In this document: positions 59,601-64,000 of the stretch, in pieces
Layout of the letters: every line of letters starts with the position of its first letter
How positions within the stretch are numbered: the first letter of the stretch is position 1
Source of the DNA: Anthoceros angustus
Lineage: Eukaryota > Plantae > Anthocerotophyta
Assembly: GCA_010909165.1 (NCBI GenBank)
Contig: VJWM01000025.1
Coordinates: 2,976,001-3,040,000, forward strand
Length of the DNA stretch: 64,000 nt
Direction: 5' to 3'
Program-made: the position numbers and the translations under genes
The notes under the pieces: model-generated
What the model saw: only the letters and a program-made list of their open reading frames with translations
Told to the model about the DNA's origin: nothing
Databases searched by the model: none

Positions 59601-61156
59601 GCTCTCTTGGAAGCAATCGATGTTTGATGGTGAAGCTTTTCATTGTTTTTAGTAACGAGGTCTTTTGTCTTCATGAGATGGTTAAGCTGGAGCACCATCA
59701 TGAGTGAAAAACAATAAGAGGCCAGAATGTGCATCATGACAATCGTATGAGGCGGCTAAGAATGGGAGCTGGCAATTGGAAAGTTGTAGGAAAGGGTAAG
59801 GGTACCACGTGCAGAACATAAGCATCCATAATACTGAGATCTTCCTTCTCATCGGGATACCCCAAACGTCGGGAGTGGAGAATGTCCTGATAACTCCGGC
59901 CTGCCAATCTCCACCCACGAGGAGGAGGTCAGACTGCTTCTATGAGCCACTGAAGTGCAGCCAACATTAAATCACAGCATATCATGTCCAAAGCGCCCTT
60001 ACAAAGAGCGAAGAATTGGGACTGTTGTTCTGAGACAAAGTCACCCCACTGCGCCTGTCCATGCTGCTCTTGCCAATGCTTTTGCAGTCGCAACTTCACT
60101 CCACTGTTTGCCAAGTTCTTTCCAGCCTGGATGCACATCAACGAGCAGGGAGCGTAAGGACAGCAGGGTATGCGTATCCCAGAACCAACAGGCGTGAATG
60201 AAGTACCTCCACTGGGTGTGAAGCACTAGCAGACCATTTCGCCCCATGCAATCCTGCCGCAGGGAATTCTTCAGAGAAGACCTGCGTCTCTTGTAATTTT
60301 GCAATTTCAGCCTCATTTATGACGTGCTCAAAGTGAAGCCTGAAGGGACTGCCACACAAACCATCGATTCAGTCCAAATTCCCACGCACCAGTGAACGCA
60401 TGCCCCATGCCCCGTCCCTCGGAATAATCACTTACTCAGTACTGCTCCCAGCGTCCTTCCCACTGGCGACTCTATCAGCATCTTCTTGTTCGCCATCCTC
60501 GGCAGCTTCTTGCTCGCGATCCTCTGCATCGTCTTGCTCGCTATTGTCTGCACCTACTCGCTCCTTCATCCCGCTTTCCTCCATACCAAGCTTCATTGGG
60601 CCCGTTCCCTCACTATCTGTCCGGACGAGACGACCATTGGACGCATTTGGCGTACCGTGGTCCTCAATTTCGTCTGAATCAGGGTCATCCTCGCTTTCTT
60701 CCGAAGCATGATTATCTGCCTCCCCTTCCCCTTCACCTTCACCTTCATCCTCGCTGCTGCTGCTACTACTGGCACCCTGCTCTTCCCGCTGCCTGTACAA
60801 ATCACGAACTTACCGTCACCCGACATTCGATCATTCCTCAGTCCCCTTTCACCCCATCTCTCCCCTGAATCATCCTACCTCCGAGCATACGCCTGTGCAA
60901 AGAACCCACCACCGGATTGCATCGACTTTGGTTGCAATAACTGCACGAGCGTAGTGTAAGCCCCAGCTGGCTCCTCAACCGAAGTCCCGACATTTTCCTC
61001 ATCTTCCTCAACCTTCCCAACGTCCCTTGTGGGAGGCTCCTCGAGTTTTTTGTCAGGCGGCTTGGGAGAATCGGGGCGGCCCCGCTTCTGCCTTCCCGGC
61101 CCTCCTCCTTTTGCGCCGCGGAAGGGCCTCTTGGATCCTCGCCATCGGCCAGCCAT
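56698..61156 (-). CDS. UTP25: U3 snoRNA-associated protein 25 (UTP25/DIEXF/NOF1), multi-exon
   Basis: Acidic N-terminus, [58 protein letters not shown]|LERIVG...FMFC*. Confidence 0.93.
58119..58322. repeat. 103-bp tandem duplication containing a UTP25 exon
   Basis: The 47-nt exon is present at both 58119-58165 and 58222-58268; the intronic parts differ by ~3 nt. Confidence 0.92.
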
Positions 61157-61376
61157 GTCCACCTTCGCGGACAAAAATACGAGGGATTAGACAGCAGGGT
61201 TTATGCTAGGTCTTCATTCAGAGGAGTTTGTGCTATAGGTTTATAGATGTTACTATATCTGGAGTTTGTGCTATAGCATATAAAGAAGAAGAAGAATATA
61301 AAGGTTTATGCATGTTATTATGTATGGTAGATAGCAGTTCCCGAGATGGGAAGTTGGACTCAGTCTAGACAGGCCT

Positions 61377-62314
61377 CTACCAGTCGATTCCCAGGCCGTT
61401 GGTAAGGAAGAGATTGTCGAGGTGCTGGGACACGACTGTCGCTGCGTCTGCGAACGACTGAAGGTCCTGCCGGGCAGAGGCCTCTGCGAGCACACAGTGC
61501 AACAGGATGAGGATGAGCCAAGGCGTGGCTTCAGAAGGAGGCAAGCCTGGAGAAGGAGAAAGGCGGGAAAAACGCAACTCACCGTCTTCGCCGAGCTTCT
61601 TGAGCAAGTGCGATGTGGAAGGCAGCACGAAGAGGCCGAGGCCGACAGCCTTCCTGATGGCCCAGCTGTGGTGCGCGGCGAACACCTCCTGGTAGGCTTT
61701 GGCAGCCGGATCTCTGAGCGACTCCTGCTTCGGCCTGCATTGCATTGTTGACGCACACACAAGACCTGGCGGGGCTCAGAATCGCGGATGATGCATGTGT
61801 GGAGTCAGGGAAAGGGAGAAGGGAAGGGCTCTGCTCACCCTGCGGCAAGAATTCCTTTGAACAGCACCCGGACCATGTCGATGCCGCGCTTCACCCGCAG
61901 CAGGTTCCTGGTGTGGCTCCCCGCGATCCTGACGCTACCGGCAGCCATGTCGGCCCGGAGCACGGCGGGCAGGGTGTCCAGTTGCTGCGAGGCTTGAAGC
62001 AGATCCTCTACCTACAGGATTAGGATCAGGACCAGGATCAGATCAGCCGTTTGGTAGCAGCAGCAGCAAATGCAGGCAGGGAAGGCAAGGCAAGTCAAGG
62101 CAACAGCAATTGAGATTGTAATCCTGACCTTGGAGGTGTAATCCTGCTCCGCGAACTTGAAGGCCACGCCGAGGCAGGCGAAGAGGACGGACACCCGGGC
62201 GCAGGCGAGGGAGAAGGGACGGAGGCGGAGCACGGGGTCGGCGTCTTGCTGCAACTGGCCCGCCAGGTCGGAGAAGGAGTCGGTCATGGCCTTGAGCGGT
62301 GGAGGCGCTGCCAT
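61377..62314 (-). CDS. ACD11: ACD11-like ceramide-1-phosphate/glycolipid transfer protein, 4 exons
   Basis: LGVAFKFAEQDY..KV, AGSHTRNLLRVKRGIDMVRVLF, FAAHHSWAIRKAV, LGIDW*. Confidence 0.93.
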
Positions 62315-62694
62315 GTCGCCGGGCATCGAATTGGAGCGCAGCAGAGCAGCACGGGAATCGGGCGTGACTCAGAACGTGTTGTTTGTTGCTCCCGGCCGCC
62401 TTGTTTGATAAAAAATTAGAGGTCCGACCCGCTCGGGAGGTCTCCTCGTGAAGCCCACGGCATGGCGGTCATATATAGGGTTGGAGGGAGCTCCTCACGC
62501 GGTGCCGGCCGCTGCTCGGGCATTGAATCATCCTGCACCTACCAAGTTCAAGCCCGTTTCTGCCCGCGCGTCTCGGTGGATCAAGGCCAGCCAGCCGTGC
62601 TGCACTCATCTCCCTGCCAGAAGACGCAGCCACAGCCAGAAGAAGTAGAGCCGGAAGCAAGAGGCAGGAGCGCGGAGGAGCGGGAGCAGCAGCT

Positions 62695-63887
62695 ATGGCG
62701 TCCAACGCGGTGTCCATGCTTGGGCTGGTGCGCATTCCTGCTGCTCCGCTTCCCGCCGCGGGCTGCGCGCAGCATAGGTTCAATGCACCGGGGCCGCTTC
62801 CGGCAGTGGCCCTGGGGAGCTCGGGGAGGAAGGCTGCGGCCGCGCCCGGGGAGCCTCTGAGGCAGAGGCTCTCCAACAAGTCCAGATTGGTGGCCAGCGG
62901 CTACGACTACGATGCGGAGCCGGTGCTGCCGGCTCACGAAGCCGGGGAGTACATCAAGGGGGCTGCCACAGCCGTGGCGGAGGAGGTGACCGGAGTGAAG
63001 GAGCTGAAGCAGAGCCTGGTGGACTCCTTCTACGGCACGCAGCGTGGCCTGCGCGCTAGTAGCGATACTCGGGCCGAGATCGTGGAGCTCATCTCGCAGC
63101 TTGAGGCCAGGAACCCGACGCCGGCCCCGACAGAGGCCCTGTCGCTGCTGGACGGCAAATGGATCCTTGCGTTAGTCGTCTCTCCGTTGCTCGCCTAGCC
63201 TTCTTCATATCTTCCGTCTGTTTGTTGTAGGACATGCGTTCTCATGTGCTGCCGTTGCTGCTGCAGGTACACATCCTTCTCGGAGCTCTTCCCCTTGCTG
63301 GCCGCAGGAAGCTTGCCCTTGGTGCAGGTGGGAGAGATCAGCCAAACCATTGACTCCTCCGCGCTCACAGTGCAGAACTCCGTCACCTTCACCGGCCCCC
63401 TGGCCACCACGTCCTTCAGCGCATCAGCCTCGTTCGAAGTCCGCAGCCCCAAGCGGGTGCAGGTAGTCTTCAATGCACACACCATCAGCTGGCTGCCTTC
63501 GTCATGTCGTCCTCAAACTTGTGCCGGCCTGTATGACGCAGCGGTGTGATGTATGGTATGGTATGTGCTTTGCAGATCAAGTTTGAGGAAGGAATCATTG
63601 GCACGCCACAACTGACCGACGCCATCGAGATCCCCGAGAGCGTGGAAGTCCTTGGCCGGAAAGTCGAGCTGGCGCCTATCAGGAGCATACTGACTCCGCT
63701 CCAGGATGCCGCCACCACCATCGCCAAGACTGTGTCCGGCCAACCGCCTTTGAAGTTCTCCCTTTCGCGCGCCGAGTCCCAGTCCTGGCTACTCACCACG
63801 TTCCTGGACGAGGATCTGCGGATATCCAAAGGAGACGCCGGGAGCGTCTTCGTCCTCATCAAGGAAGGCAGCCCATTGTTGCTCTAA
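62695..63887 (+). CDS. FBN1: Plastid fibrillin/PAP (FBN1 type), 3 exons
   Basis: Transit peptide; [37 protein letters not shown]; LDGKWILA|YTSF; [10 protein letters not shown]|IKFEEG; [14 protein letters not shown]. Confidence 0.95.
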
Positions 63888-64000
63888 TTTTCTCCATCGT
63901 GACCAGGCTTCCAGACCGAGGCCCTCGCTATACACCTACATCTTGGCCTCGTCTGTCACTGGAAGACTTGCAAGTGACCAGTGTGTGTAATATATCATTT

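Overview
Eukaryotic nuclear DNA from a non-seed land plant: gene-dense, with many ~60-250 bp GT-AG introns. A sperm-tail ODF3/SHIPPO-repeat gene plus a WW-type PLS-PPR editing factor point to a hornwort, lycophyte or fern. A hornwort fits the compactness best, but this is inference. Recognisable genes are eIF2-gamma (intronless), an ACT-domain STY kinase, CHL27/CRD1, an uncharacterised plant protein, ODF3-like, cytochrome b5, TSSC4-like, eIF4E, a ~38-repeat PLS-E+ PPR protein, an 11S-like bicupin, UTP25/NOF1, ACD11 and fibrillin FBN1. There is also a secreted protein with a ~3.3 kb Glu/Lys repeat, a decayed F-box gene, a RING remnant and an intron-containing remnant of a CRTAC1-like (FG-GAP) gene. 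The mobile elements are a very young full-length Ty1/copia element (TG..TA LTRs, TACAT TSD, one internal stop, two extra ORFs), three RLE-type (CRE-like) non-LTR retrotransposon fragments and mini-CACTA elements. Several frameshifts fall in homopolymer runs and may be sequencing errors. All family assignments come from motif recognition by eye; no database was searched.
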